Of a stretch of 64,000 nucleotides of DNA, positions 27,322-40,886 are shown piece after piece. Below the pieces are notes generated by a model. It ran no database searches. It had not been told where the DNA came from and saw nothing but the letters and a program-made list of their open reading frames with translations. Numbering within the stretch: position 1 is the first letter of the stretch; each line of letters begins with the position of its first letter. Both the position numbers and the translations under genes were made by a program. Source of the stretch: Ophelia neglecta (Eukaryota); the NCBI GenBank assembly GCA_965285935.1, contig OZ260662.1, forward strand, positions 18,662,001 to 18,726,000, in the 5' to 3' direction.

Positions 27322-30151
27322 GTCCATCATTTTATAATGTAAGAAATGCCAGAACAAAATAATTGTTTTGCAATAGGTTGGTCAAATATTTGCTTCCAAA
27401 AGTCCAAGTCACATTCAGGTATTTTAAGAAAACTATGTGGCAATTTTGATTGTACAATAAGTTTCTTGAGAATATATAACATATGTTTACATAATGTCGA
27501 CCCATATTTTCATTCCCGGTCAATTTTCGCACATTATCGACCGCTATATAATTATGTTCCACCACTGAAGAAATGCAGCATTCAGTTCTAAAAATTTCTA
27601 TATGCAATTTAATTACAACTATCTCGCCGAACAATAGACAAAAAACAGCAAATGTAAACGCCTATGTTAAACATTCTGTGAAACGCCGATGTCCAACTCG
27701 GGGATTTGGGATAACTGTAGAAGGCATTATAGGTATACGATGGTGGAAAGAAAGGAATGTGATACAAACTTGCTTGACTTGGTGAGGTATAAACAGTAAG
27801 ATAAAAACAATAACAGCCAAAAAAATAGTATTAACACTAGGCGTATAACAATTTACAAACTGCTAGGCGGCTGCTACTACCCGTCCGCGAGTTGTACGGT
27901 CGTTGTATACGTTTTGTTCGGAACCAGTGCTACCCTCGTCCTGTACTTGTCAGTTTGCATCCGTTTATGTTCAATTGACCTGACTCGCGGGCCGGTCTAC
28001 TAATGAACATGCAACGCGTGAACCAGAAGTGTGCCGTTCACAGACCGCATGTTCAGTGGCAGATTACCTGAGAAGGAATGCTGGCAAATTGATAAATAAC
28101 GGGGTCCACAGGACAAAACTTCAGAATGAGTACAGTATATATACTGTACATATAACGGATCAAAATGTACATCGTCGTACATCCTCCGAGGTATACACGC
28201 TTCCTTGTCTCACTTCCTCATTATCCTTCTTGCGTGTTATGGCTGAGGACCTTCTGGGACCTCAAATTTCAACTTTTCAATTTGCTTTTACAGTTTTCTT
28301 TGCCTTCCAACTTTTTTACCTTTAACCTCACAACCTTCCTGGATTTCACCTTGGGCATCTTGCAGAGAGGATGTGTTTAGGTAACTCGAGCCTGAATACA
28401 TGAGAATCCGCTGTTGGATTCACCGGACAATATATACATGTTTTGTTTGTCACGTTACCGGTGCAAACGAGTTTTTACACGTACTGTTAGTTCCTCAAAC
28501 GCCCTGCTTTCGTTTTCCTCCTTCCTTGTCCGTTACTCCAGCGCTGGTGTCCAAAACAGTGACCGGTAATTTTGCTGTCTTTGTGCGGTCATTAGACGTT
28601 TTATCCGTTCAATATCCGGTGTTCTTTTGTTCATGAAAGCCTCGAGCAGCATTGGAGACGTCCTATCTCACCAGATCTTTTTTCGCAAAGTTTCTAGCCG
28701 CATCCCCGTTAATGCTTGCCGGCAAGGTGTAACTGCACAATTAAGCTATCCGGCATGGTATGATAGGACCATATTTCGGTAGAGGTGGCATTATGTTTTA
28801 TGAGTAGTTCGTGTATCAATGCAAAAAAGACAGATGTATCATTTGGAAATAAATGATCCCGTGATGACATTTATGTATAGTTGCCGCATATTATAAGCTA
28901 ACGGAGCATGTTTATTCCTCGTCTGAGGTTGTTGAAAAGGTAATCAATTCATACTTGTGAGAGGATATTGTATATTTTGTGTGCATTAGACGTCTGGTGT
29001 GAGATAAACTGTCGAGTTCCCATGCTCATTTATCAAGGTAAATGGAGGCAAATAGGATATTTTGGTGTATAATCGGTGCAATAACGACGAGTAATATTGA
29101 GTTTCCATGTCATGTGGCTGAATGCCCCTCCTCTAGCATTCATTGCCATAATGGGAGCAAACCGCTTTCATTAATGCGTCATTTTTGTATTCCGGGAAGC
29201 TTCACGAGTGCTAGTCGTCAGCCGCTTTGCATAGAAATCCTGTAGCAAAAAGAACATATGTTTGCCCAAGGCGTTCATAACCATTTCACATTAGTGAGAT
29301 TGGGGCAAACATACTATGAATATTATGTAATCCCCGCAAAGGACTGCACAGCCGCGTGGAACAACTGAAAGTTTACATAGTGCAAGAAAGGGGGCATATG
29401 CCAACATACTAGTATTGCGCCATTGTAGCTCTAAGATCATACTGACAAAACCCCAGGAGACAATTATTACATGACCATATATACTTGAACAATAATGCAG
29501 AATGGTGTCTTTATAAAGACATAAGGGGGGCAGTCTGGAACGCCATATTTGTAATGAAAAATTATTAAAATTAGCGTTTTAATTAAACACATTGTATGTA
29601 GTAGTGCAGATTGGATATAGTTCACTTTTGTTGGTTTACAACTGTTGGCTTTGGTGATGCTTCAATTCCACCCTTGTTACGGGCTTTGGGTGATGCTTTG
29701 ATTCCATCATGTGCCTTTATTTGTTTTATTAAAGGACTCTGTATTGTTTCCTAATCACTTTTACGCAAAACAATTTATTAAGGTTTAATCTTAGAAATTA
29801 TTCAAGCAGCGCGTTATTATCTAAGACAAGATAAGGCGGCTATAAGCCGGATGTGTTGTTTACTCTCTGATCACAATCACCATATGAAAAGGTCACGTCG
29901 GTTATTGCCGTGCACGTGATGTCTCATGTGCCTCTGCTCTAAACTAGCAGTGGCATGTACGTTTAATGAATAAAACAGCCCGACGGATTCGGATAACAAA
30001 CTCTGGCTCCAAGCATTTCTTCTTTATCACAAGTTTGTCGGGCGCAGGTGAAAATACACTGATGGCTTTATTCATCAGAACAGTACAGAAGACGGCAGCG
30101 ATTATATATGCATTAGGATTAGTCTATTTTAATATTTTTAAATTCATAGGA

Positions 30152-30212
30152 GGTCGAAGGTAGGAGTCGAACGCAGACACCTCTGATCCAAAGGCTTCCA
30201 AGGCTAACGTTG
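30152..30212 (-). other. Degenerate tRNA-derived (SINE head-like) sequence
   Basis: The minus strand reads ...gcctttggatcagaggtgtctgc-GTTCGACTCC-taccttcgacc, a Pol III B-box in a tRNA-like context. The A box is poor. Confidence 0.3.
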
Positions 30213-30969
30213 AAGCCACGAAGTTTCTTACGCACTTAAAGCCACATACAATGAAATATTAGGTGCATGAGGTTTATTTCATAGAATCGTGGATGAGATC
30301 TCCATCTAGGTTCTTCCTATTCATATCATCCTCTTACTATACCGCTTAGCTTATTCTGTAGAACAGTATATAGCTGATAAGTCCCCAAATTAAATAGAGG
30401 TTTGTCACTTTTACTTCTATTACAATCGATGCACGATTACAGGCGTTTTAGTTGTGAGGAAATTATATTAATTTACGTATTATTTGCTGCCATAGTTCAG
30501 GTTGATTGTTAATCATTTCTCGTCTAACTTCCTGTTGACGCGCGCAAAGAAAGCAAGTGTTCGCTATATTAGCCATCATGCCTTCTTTGTGTTAGATGAA
30601 TCATGGAATTTAAACGTTTTACCGGGAGAGGTGTCTGCGGGAACGCAGGTAGGGTTCGACATATCAAACATCTTTAAATATTGGCGCGGCTTTTTTTTCG
30701 AATTTTAAAGATACATGTATAACTAATTTGAGTATATTTTACCATATGTTTCTAATTCTATTGACCATGCTCAATTGTAGAACACTAGTCTACCCTTTTG
30801 CAAGGTCCGGCCTTTAACGACTGTCTGCATTCACGAAGGGTCATTTGCAGCTAACAAAATAACATGTGGGTTAAAATTTCTGTTCATTCTTAATGTACGT
30901 GTATACACGAGTAAACAGGTTTTCGAAAGATGGCGTTAGAAATAAAACTGTTCCATTTGATCGGCTTGA

Positions 30970-31126
30970 CAGTATGGTACTGAGGATATAAAGGATTGAA
31001 GACTGAGGATTCAAGACTTGTCTCGGACATGTATATAGTGCTCAGCCTTACGGCTTCGCATTTTATACATTTTATTTATTGGTCTCCCAGGCCATAATGC
31101 CTCATTACCCCACTGATATTGCTTAA
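30970..31126. mobile_element. Possible end of a non-autonomous Crypton-like element
   Basis: Ends in tattgcttaa (TTAAGCAATA on minus), a terminus I associate with CryptonA-type non-autonomous elements. Contains the motif cagccttacggcttcg. Confidence 0.3.
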
Positions 31127-31168
31127 TAACACAATGAAAAGCCAGAAACACACCAGTATATTTAATTT

Positions 31169-31333
31169 GAATTAAGGCCACCAAAGGGACTGAAAAAGGC
31201 TGGTCTGATTTTGGAGGTGGTCTGATTAGACAGGTTATTAAACATTGAAAGTATACATCATAGGCCTCATATTAGTGGTCTGAATTGACAGGTGGTCTGA
31301 TTATAGAGGTGGTCTTTATGGCAGGTTTTACTG
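31169..31333 (+). mobile_element. pogo/Tigger-like MITE copy lacking its left TIR
   Basis: Aligns along its length with 43615-43780, has repeated ggtggtct motifs, and ends gcaggttttactg|ta. Confidence 0.85.
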
Positions 31334-34300
31334 TATATAAAGGAAAAAGAACCAGTGCCACAATTTTACGTATGTATTACTCTGGTCTGTGGATATAGTT
31401 TACTGGTTCTAATACAGAATAATACAATAGCTATGGGTTTGTAGTCGCCTTGCAATGATGACTCATTACCTACTCTGTGAATAAATTTTACGTGTTTAAT
31501 GACATCACTGTTTTATCACAAAATTGTGAAAACTAGCAAGCAAAACATTGCCTATCTGGGCACAGTTACCGACTTATTGGAATCTGATGGCATATCATAT
31601 TTCGGTAGATGCGCACCTGTGTACAATAGCAGCAATCAAGCAGAAATTGCACAACTGTTATTTATCAAAAGCAAAAGCAACAGTCTTGTTATTTTTACTA
31701 GTGTTGCATTTATGACCAGGGTCGATACTAATTGATTGGCGAATATTGCCAAGAATCAGCATAACTATGTTAATAATGATACCAGACCAAGGTATTTAAT
31801 GTTGTTATTAAATAATAATAATTAGTTTACTGAATCATTGACATTTTAGAATATTATATATCACGGATGACATTTTTGAAGTGTCATTTGAATGTACCAA
31901 ATACTTATAAAATAATAGATACAATTAATTAAAAAAATAAGCGGTTTGCGTTCTGCTTCATGTAGTCTTCATGGAGATTGTGGAGGGGAAGGTGCTGTTG
32001 TTGCCGATTGAAAGCCCCAAATCAGAAGGAGACAATAGGCAACAAATCGCACTGGATGCTCTGATGCCCAAGGACTCTCCACCGCTAAACGCCACCATAA
32101 CACGTTTTAGGCGAATACTGTATTGTGTTACAAAACGAGAAACACTGTCATCATATTGTGCCCTTTGGTAGCACAGTTACGGTACATGCATTTCAGACGC
32201 CGAAACAAAACGGGACTGAACAAACTTATCAATAAAGCGTAGTGCATTTTACACTTAACGTACACACAGAAAAACACATTCCGACGTTATACCACTTTCG
32301 ACATGGCTCCATTGTCAATGAATTAACAGTGGTCTAAATGTATTCGTTAACCGCTTGTGGCGAGACATGTAAAATTGTTACTGGTATTGTTCTTTCAACG
32401 TTGATTCCATAATTTTTTTTTCAATAACTTTATGAAATGGCAATAGTAAGTTGATTTGTGCCTCCCACTTACAAACCGTTACCGTCTTTGCCAGGTTTGT
32501 AGGCTTTTAAAATATCAGTTTGAGGTATTCTATGTTCTGACAAGAAAAATTACAAAATAATAGAACCATTTTACTTTTGCCTCATTTCGACAGTCGATAT
32601 ACTGTCTATGTGCATATTTACATTTACAATGTGATTGAGATCTACCCGGGGTCGTTATTTGGATAATGAGCTAAAGTATAAGCATGGTCGCACAGGCGTC
32701 TCTGTATATATACTGTCTATTTACCACACAATTTCATTCCAGGAAAGCATGAACGCTGACGGCTTCCTGTTGTCGGCATTTGTGGTTTTGACATTTAAAA
32801 ACCCCGTTTAAACTGCTAGTCTGATGACGCTATTTATGAAATACCGGGTGGTATAAGAGCCTGGGCATTCGAGAATGTGCGAATTTGTTTGTTCATAAAT
32901 AATGCTTTAATACAGTTTACTCGTCTGGTTGCCTATCCTTGTTCATTTTGAGGGAGTGCTCTTTGTCCCAGCTTATAATAGATATTCATAGGGAATAGGC
33001 ATTTGATAGGTTTCGTGAGCATCCAGCAAACAAAGCTATCCATGCGCACGTTCCAAATTAGGAGGAAACCCGCATACAAACACTTCATTTTCTATGATGT
33101 ATTAACCGTTCCTAGGCGCTCACGATGTTATTATATAAACACTGTCTGACCAGCAACTGGATACAAATATATCGATTCAATTTGCAACTCGTATAAATAG
33201 AATCGTTTGTGGGGCAAATTGTCAACGTGAAAAAAAATGTCCATGCAGTCATGTTATGCACCATAGATTGCATGTAACTGGACATGTGATAAACACAATA
33301 GTGGGCACACCTTTCAAGTAGCGAATTATGCATTTCTTTTTTAAAACCTTGAGCTTGGATTTAGTTGAACAGCCTTTTATTCTCCTAAATACTTAACACT
33401 ATTTTTGGGCCTTAGCATGGCACCATTACATGTAATAGTAAGATATAACGATTTCATGTCTTACGTTATTAACAACAACAAAAAAATAGTTTCACTAAGA
33501 TGCAATCACAATGTTTTAACAGTACTCACTCACGTTTAATGTATTAAACGTGAACCAAAAATATATGTTTGGTTTACGTTAATCTGCACCTTCGAATTAC
33601 CCATGTGCAAAAAGGGATCCACACATGGTGTTCTTGGCCTTCGCCATATAAACCAATACCTTACAATGATAAATCACTTCCGTTAGTCGGAGAGTTCTCT
33701 GTATTTAATCTTCTTTTTGGAATATTAAATTATTTCTTTCATTGAGATAGGCGTGAAATAACATCAGGTAAGCGCCTGAAATTACTCTCGCGTCCTTTGG
33801 GAAAAACCTTCCCCAGCCTAACCAATGTAATAACATGACATCGAAGAGCGCTTTATCAAATAACGATTAGAAAAAGTAATAAGTAATATAATGCCGATAC
33901 TACACTTTTTTAAAGACGATTCCACTGAGCGCAAAAAGGTCGTTGCATAATTAATACCTGACGGAAATTGAATATTTTTGTGTATAAATCAAATCAAACA
34001 GAACCCCATAACGTTTTAAATCAAAGGAAGTCAAATCGATTCGTAAAAAAATAGCAATCAAAATTTATAGATCAAGGAAACTCAAGTTGGTTACTAAATA
34101 TGCATTTCAACCATTAAAATGTGATTTGTCAACGCCTTCACAGAAAGTCAACTTATGTCACTGCAACGATCATCCATCGACAGCCTTTTAATAATTATAT
34201 TGCAGGTCATGTTTAGTCTTTTTGACCATTGACTCGTTACGCCTGTGGTTTGACTTGTTTACCTGCTCGATTTGTTGTAATCTAATTGATCAATATTATA

Positions 34301-35711
34301 TTTGGATTGCTGGTTTCCTTCGTTATTTTGAGCGTGCAAGCCCCAAACCAATCGTCTTCGTTTTCCAACATAAACTTAACGTTGAATGATTTTGGAAAAG
34401 TGAGCTTTTACAGGTGAGACACACCTGTTTATCCGAGCTATGATTAGCACACAGAATTAGGCTTAAAAAACACACGTTTATGGCTGTAAAAGCAAGCTCG
34501 CAAGCACGCATACATGTATGTGAGGGCACAGTGTGCGATATTATGAACTTTGAGAATATCTTATACAAAAATACTGCACTTCATTGTTCCCAGGTAAATA
34601 CCAAGAAAGGCAGTTTCACATATTAACGTTAATATATTATTTATTATGCTGGTCCCTCGGTTGCTGTCAGGAATAAATTGACTGATTATTCTACTAATAT
34701 GAATATGTCTCACAGAGTTCTAAATCTAGATTGCCGACGAATCATAAAAAAAACTGCTATTCATGTACATTCGGTTCATATTAGAATTACCAAAAGGAGA
34801 TTTATAAGAATTTATGCTTATCTCTGATTGACCTAATTGAACAACACATGTACTGTATCATCTGATTATTGTATCCTATTTTATTGTGACAATAAACAGT
34901 GCATCTAACTAAAACGCCTTTTAGTGACTGTCATCAGAAAAGGAGTATCTCCGGGAATAAACTTCATAACTTGGAAATTATCATGGTTTGCAGGCACTTG
35001 GTGTGGTGCATATATAATACCACACCTACGAATGTTATCACCGAATACATAAAATGAGCAAAGGAACCATTAAGTTATTTAATGAATCAAGACTAAATCC
35101 AAGTAGGCAAATGGAACACTTATAATATTAGTTACTAAAAATATTAAAACTTGAGAACGCGCTATCTATCCCCCTAGTTTAATGTATATTTAGCTCAAAT
35201 AATATAAAATAAAAGTATAATGCACTTCGTGCGAATTAATGCGAATTTCGTTCCTTTGTAGTCCAGTCGGACGGTCGGGTTCCTCGCACCTGTCCTTTCA
35301 GCTAATTAAACAAACCTGCCTTCAAATTAGACAGGAATAAATGTTTGTATCCAGGGAAATTTGTCGACAACCAACTCAAGTTTTTGTACAATGCGAAAAT
35401 TGCAACACACTAATGCATGTTAATGGCCAACCTTGCCAATTGAATAAATATGCAACCTGGCTTCATTTATCTTAATTAATATGAATATATTTTGAATAAA
35501 ATAACCTCCCATCACGTGTTTTTCAAATTTGGTAAGAACTCTAATTGCATATATTATATGGCAATAGTATGAACCTGGGCCGAGGTAATAGTTTCTTCCT
35601 TTTGGCTGTTTTGGAATTATCTGTTTATGAATGATGTTGATGATGATGGTGATGTTAAAGGCAAATTCTCGTCTTTTATAAGTTTCCCTTACTTATAATA
35701 GATTGACCAAT

Positions 35712-36971
35712 AAATGATTTTCACGTAGAGCGCCGTCCGGAGGGCGTTGCTGCGCAACCTGGCGGGCTTGTGCAAACATTCGCTTCGGCCATACCAGACT
35801 AGCGTGAATGCAATGCAGGTGCGGCTTGAAATCCTTCGGAATTAAACACAGTTTTTAGTCAGGTAGGTATCTTTTATTAAACTATTCTTGATATCATATG
35901 GTCAGATACCTTATAGTCATGACACAACTTAGACCTGAGAGCCGTTTTGGCTTAAATAACGGAGATTTCATGCGGATTTTATAGTAGCCGTTCGAAGGTA
36001 GCGCGGGCGATATAATGATATATTTCCCTTACGTCGCGCCTAGTAATCAACCGGCGGTGTCGGCAATGCGATTTCTTTGCTACAGTCAATTCAGTCTTGT
36101 TCATTTTAAGATTAATTGACTATGACTTCACTTTACCTCGCTTCTGAATGTATCGAAATAATATGATTTATTTATTTACAGTCATCAGAAATGGGCAATA
36201 AGCGCTGTGCTCATGGCACATGTAACAGTGGCAGCAGGTATGGCCCAGAGGGGAAGATATGGTGCCACAGCATTTAGAGTGTAGAGTGCATTTATTTACA
36301 GTGACACATCTTTCACAGTAAATTTTTTGCTGTTGCATAGTCTAACCCATTCTCTGCATTTTGCTTCATCAACAGAAGGTTTACAGAATGGGATGAACTT
36401 TACTCCCACCATATCTGGTCTTGGTCTTTTCCCCTCTGGGCCATACCTGCTGTCACTGTTACATGTGCCATGAGCACATCGCTTGTTGCCCATTTCTGGC
36501 GACTGTTATTAAATAAATCATATTATTTCGATACATTCAGAAGCGAGGTAAAGTAAAGTCATAGCCCATTATTCTTAAAATGAACAATACTGAATTTTGT
36601 AGCAAAGAAATCGCATTTGCCGACACCGCCGTTTGATTACTAGGGGCGACGTAAGGGAAATATACCATTATATCGCCCGCGCTGCCTTCGAATGGCTACT
36701 ATAAAATCCGCATGAAATCTCCGTTATTTAAGCCAAAACGGCTCTCAGGTCTAAGTTGTGTCATGACTATAAGGTATCTGACCATATGATATCAAGAATA
36801 GTTTAATAAATGATACCTACTTGACTAAAAACTGTGTTTAATTCCGAACGATTTCAAGCCGCACCTACATTGCATTCACGCTACTCTGGTATGGCCGAAG
36901 CAAATGTTTGCACCGGCCGAGTGTCGCGTAGCAACAACGAGCGGTGTGAACCGCGTACATGAAAAAGGCTT
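35712..36971. mobile_element. Fold-back non-autonomous DNA transposon derived from a THAP-encoding element (ISL2EU/PIF-Harbinger-like termini, or another THAP-bearing family)
   Basis: Near-identical inverted arms at 35770-36255 and 36429-36913 around a ~173-bp spacer. Imperfect termini aat|aaatgattttcacgta ... tacatgaaaaaggctt|att give a putative AT TSD. Confidence 0.8.
36296..36493 (-). pseudogene. Truncated THAP-type zinc-finger domain (transposase N-terminus)
   Basis: MGNKRCAHGTCNSDSRY...VKFIPFCKPSVDEAKCREWVRLCNSKKFTVKDV shows the THAP signature M..C.x4.C...F.F(P)...W...C. It is truncated before the final C..H ligands. Confidence 0.75.
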
Positions 36972-37970
36972 ATTAGTATATATTGTGTTGTGTTCAAATG
37001 AATTGACTCAATTGCTGATGAAAGCGCAATGGCATTTTAGGTTTTTGCCGTGTCCCCGATATATTCTTCAATAGATATGAGATGCGTTATGACATATATA
37101 GATCTAAGGATTTGTTATATTGGCACTGGATCATACCCATGACACATATTGTTGTTAGCGACAAGTATAAGTGAGAGCACTCGACTCACATCTTACACGG
37201 AAAAGTGTGAAACCAACATTTATCAGTGTACTTTCACAGTGGGAAATACTAATTGGGCTATATAATAATAATAATAATAATAACAGTAATAATTCATTGA
37301 AATGGTAAAATGGGCTCATTGTCGGTTGTCTTGGGAGTGCTGTTTCTTTTTAAACGAGGAGTTTCTTTGCTGTAGCCTCAAATAGCCACAAGCTCTCTAA
37401 TAGTGTATATACATGTGAAAGAATGGGCGATAGTGGGATTGGTGAACCCCGCCCACGTGTCAAGAAAATAACTAACAACATTGCATGGATATTATTGTTT
37501 TTCGGATCAATCCCAATAATTATCAATATTGCCACTGGAGTAGTACAAAGTTCACCATGTTTACACTCACGGTTTAGATAACACAAACGTGGATCTGATG
37601 GGTATATAAAGGCTTTTGTCTAACATACCAGACAAACGTAATATAATAAATATCGGCTTGCTGAGGAAGCAACAGGTGCTTATTTGGCCTTCACCGAATG
37701 ATAATTTCCTAACAGTCTCGGAATATGATACTCATGTAAAACGCACTTTGTTCCCTCTGCCGTGATACGTGCGTTATCAAATACTTTTGAATTAAAGGAA
37801 ATTACCATATAGAGCGTGGAAAAATACTAAAATTACCTTTTGAATATATCGGTAAGATATTCTGCCAAAACAGGTATCACAGCTGCGAAAGTAGCTTATG
37901 ATCATTGCCTTCCACAGGCAGCTGGGGCTCGCCAAACATAATGGGCGTACAGGCCTTCTCAGGACATGAT

Positions 37971-38162
37971 TGTAGTGATAATTGACGATGGTAAGTATTT
38001 TGATAAACGGTGAACTTTATTATGTTCGTTGTTTGATACAACATTGGCGGTAGACGAAGATCGAGCATGCGCAGTAGGTAAAAAGGAGTAGTATAAAAAT
38101 GGCGCTTATGGCTTACATACTTAATGGTAAGTGGTTAATGAAACTTATGTAGTATTACAACT
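37971..38162 (-). repeat. 3' LTR, ~190 bp
   Basis: Follows the PPT, ends ...ATCACTACA, and contains AATAAA on minus at ~38016-38021. 38081-38161 matches 40805-40885. Confidence 0.85.
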
Positions 38163-38175
38163 TCCCCCTCTTCCT
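38162..38175 (-). promoter_or_regulatory. Polypurine tract
   Basis: Minus-strand AGGAAGAGGGGGAA lies immediately upstream of the 3' LTR. Confidence 0.85.
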
Positions 38176-38551
38176 AGAGAAATATATGAATGTATATAAT
38201 GAACAAACGTTGCTTATGATGATCAATCTCTACAGGAAATGTTATGTTACACAATATCTATTATGAATAAAAATGTATCAGTTAACAATGAAATAATGAT
38301 TGACAAATGCTTTGGTCAGCTGTTTGGTATTTCACCCTTATAATCATTCAATAGTTATACTAAAAGTAAATGTTGAAATTGACGTACTCCGTGCTTTCCT
38401 AAACTTAATAATAATAATCCAATATGAATTGTGCTTATCTTAGAACAAAAATATATCAAAACTCAACATAATCAGGTAGGTGTTTTGGTTGTTTAACAAC
38501 TCGACCTGATCGTGTTATACCAGTTTTTGGTTTGATCATATGTGTTGAGTG

Positions 38552-40800
38552 TTAGGGTGTTTCAGGTATAGTGTGGTTGTTGTGTGCTGGTTCATAATGA
38601 TCCTGGCTCTCTGGTTCACAGCTAGTGTTTACAGTTTGTTGCTGTGATTGCTGTGGCGTTGGATTAGCAGGCGTTGCTTGAGTCGATGTGTCATCTTCAA
38701 ATCGGACTCTCTTCACAACTTTCTGCAGTGATGCAGTGTGCATCTCCCTGAGATGGGATCTGTTGCGACGTAGTTTGGTTCCGTTTGGAGTTACGACCTC
38801 ATACGATCTTGGCTCCTTACAGACTTTGGTGATTGTAGCTGGACACCAAGTTTTGTTTTCGTGATCAAGTATGCGTACTTTTTGTCCAGTGCGGAGAGGT
38901 AAAAGTTCTGGTTTATTGTTGGTAGATTCTTCCATTGTCTTTCTCCTCCCCTCTATCTTGCTGAAAACTTCGCTGCTCTTATTACGCATGCTTGTTGTTT
39001 GCACATTGGGTAGACAGGTCCTGATAGGTCTCCCGGAGATGGCAAATCTGTGTCGATGGGTGTTGCTCATAAGTGCTTTATTTATGTCTTGACCCTTCTT
39101 CAGGCATAATTGGTTTGACTGTTCCGACCATGCGCTCGACCATACCGTTAGACTGAGGGTATCTGGGTGAAGATGTAATATGGTTGATTCAATACATTTG
39201 ACACATATCTTGATAAGGTTTTCCAATATACTGTGGCCCATTGTCCGATATGATTTCGACAGGACTTCCCAGCAGGCTGAATGTTTCTGCTGTCTTCTTA
39301 GCTACAGTAGCACTTGATGTGTCTTTCAGATGATGGATCACAGGATATTTGGACAGATAGCCTGTGATGAGCAGGTAATTGACTTTGTTAATTTGGAACA
39401 AATCTGTACCGAGTTTGGTCCATGGAGTTGTAGGGATCTCATGGGTTTCTAGCGGTTGTTTCTTCTGTGCTGGCTGATGCTCTTGGCAAGTATCACACGT
39501 TTTTGTCATGCTTTCAATGTCTTTGTGGATGTTTGGCCAATACACTGATTCTCGCGCTAGCTTGCGTGCTTTTTCTATACCCATGTGTCACGCATGCAAT
39601 TGTTCCAGAATGTCGGCTCTGAGTGTTTCTGGAATTAATACCTGGCTCCCTTTGAATATCACACCATGACTAATCCCTAGTTCATCCCGGTAAGACCAGT
39701 AAGGCCTCAAGTTCTGAGGTAGTTCCTTGATAGATTCAGGCCATCCTTCGATGATCATTTTCCATACTGGTTGGAGTATTGCGTCAGCTTGGGTTTCGCG
39801 ACGAAGAGCTTCCTGCTTGGCGCTCCCAAAGTTGATGAGGTCTATGTTAACACCGTCGATGTGCAAATCTAGAGGTACATCATCGGTTTTCTTTGGGTTG
39901 GGTAGTCTGCTAAGTGTGTCAGACAGTATCATAGTCTGCCCAGGTTTCCATTCGATGTCAAAGGAATATCCCTGTATTTTGACTAAAAGTCTTTGAAGCC
40001 TGGGTGGTGCGCTGATCAGTGGTTTCCCGAGTTTTGAGGTTTGTGATCGGTGTAAACCTTAAACTCTTTTCCAAACAGGTAGGTATGGAATCTGTTTATT
40101 CCAAATACTAATGCGAGTGTTTCACGTTCAATGTTCGAGTAACTTGCTTGGGCTTTTGATAGACTTTTTGATGCGAAAGCCACTGGCTTGCCGTTCTGAA
40201 GTAGACAAGCCCCGAGCCCTTTCATTGAACTGTCCACTTCCAGGATTGTGGTAACATTGGGGTTGTAGTACTGGAGACGAGATTCAACATTAATAGAATG
40301 TTTTCTGGTGATCTTCCTGCCAAATGTAAGGAATGTCTTTCTTCAGCAGGTCCAATAGGATGCTGGTTTTTTCAGAATAGACTTCGGGTGAAACAGTATC
40401 TGCCTACAGGTGTTCTGAAAGTAGTTAGCTCCTGTGAGTCTTTGTCCAGGTGTACAGACCAGTAACCTGTCTTAGCATCTAGCTTGGAAAAGTATTTGGC
40501 TTTTGCAAATGATGGGTTGAGTTCTTCAAGCGTTGGAACCTTATGTGGGCATCTCTTGAGTCCCTGATTAAGGTGCTTTGGATCAATACATATCCTTAGA
40601 GATCCGTCTTTTTTAACGGTGATGTCATGGAGCTGCACCAGTCTGTATGGTGCTCAATTTTCCGAATGACTCCTTGCTGCACCATATTTTCCAGCTCTGC
40701 TTTGATTTTTGGTTTCAAATGTACACTGTATTTTCTGGGTGCATCAATGCTTGGCTGGGCATCGTTCTTAAAGTGGAGCTTGGCTGTTCCCTTGAAACAA
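38552..40800 (-). pseudogene. pol: Disrupted gypsy pol (partial RT, RNase H, integrase, C-terminal extension)
   Basis: RT: KKDGSLRICIDPKHLN...YFSKLDAKTGYW...LTTFRTPVGRYCF. RNase H: DSSMKGLGACLLQ...YSNIERETLALVFG...YTDHKP. Integrase: LHA*HMG...CDTCQ, TDLF, ISDNGPQY, SSPRYPQSNGMVER, followed by PRSYEV...LRRNRSHL. Several stops and frameshifts. Confidence 0.95.
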
Positions 40801-40804
40801 GGAG

Positions 40805-40886
40805 AAAAGGAGTAGTATAAAAATGGCGCTTATGGCTTACATACTAAATGGTAAGTAGTTAATGATACCTATGTACTATTACAACA
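40805..40886 (-). repeat. Truncated 5' LTR (first ~82 bp only)
   Basis: By manual comparison, 5 mismatches in 81 bp versus 38081-38161. Starts TGTTGTAAT and is joined directly to RT-coding sequence. Confidence 0.9.

Larger units (their letters stand above)
37971..40886 (-). mobile_element. Internally deleted Ty3/gypsy LTR retrotransposon
   Basis: RT-RNaseH-integrase order on the minus strand, LTR direct repeats, TGTTG...CTACA termini, 5-bp TSD ATGAT at 37966-37970 and 40887-40891, and a PPT. Confidence 0.95.

Noticed and set aside
38871-39996. Plus-strand ORFs 38871-39092 and 39727-39996
   Set aside because: They are antisense shadows of the gypsy pol frame.
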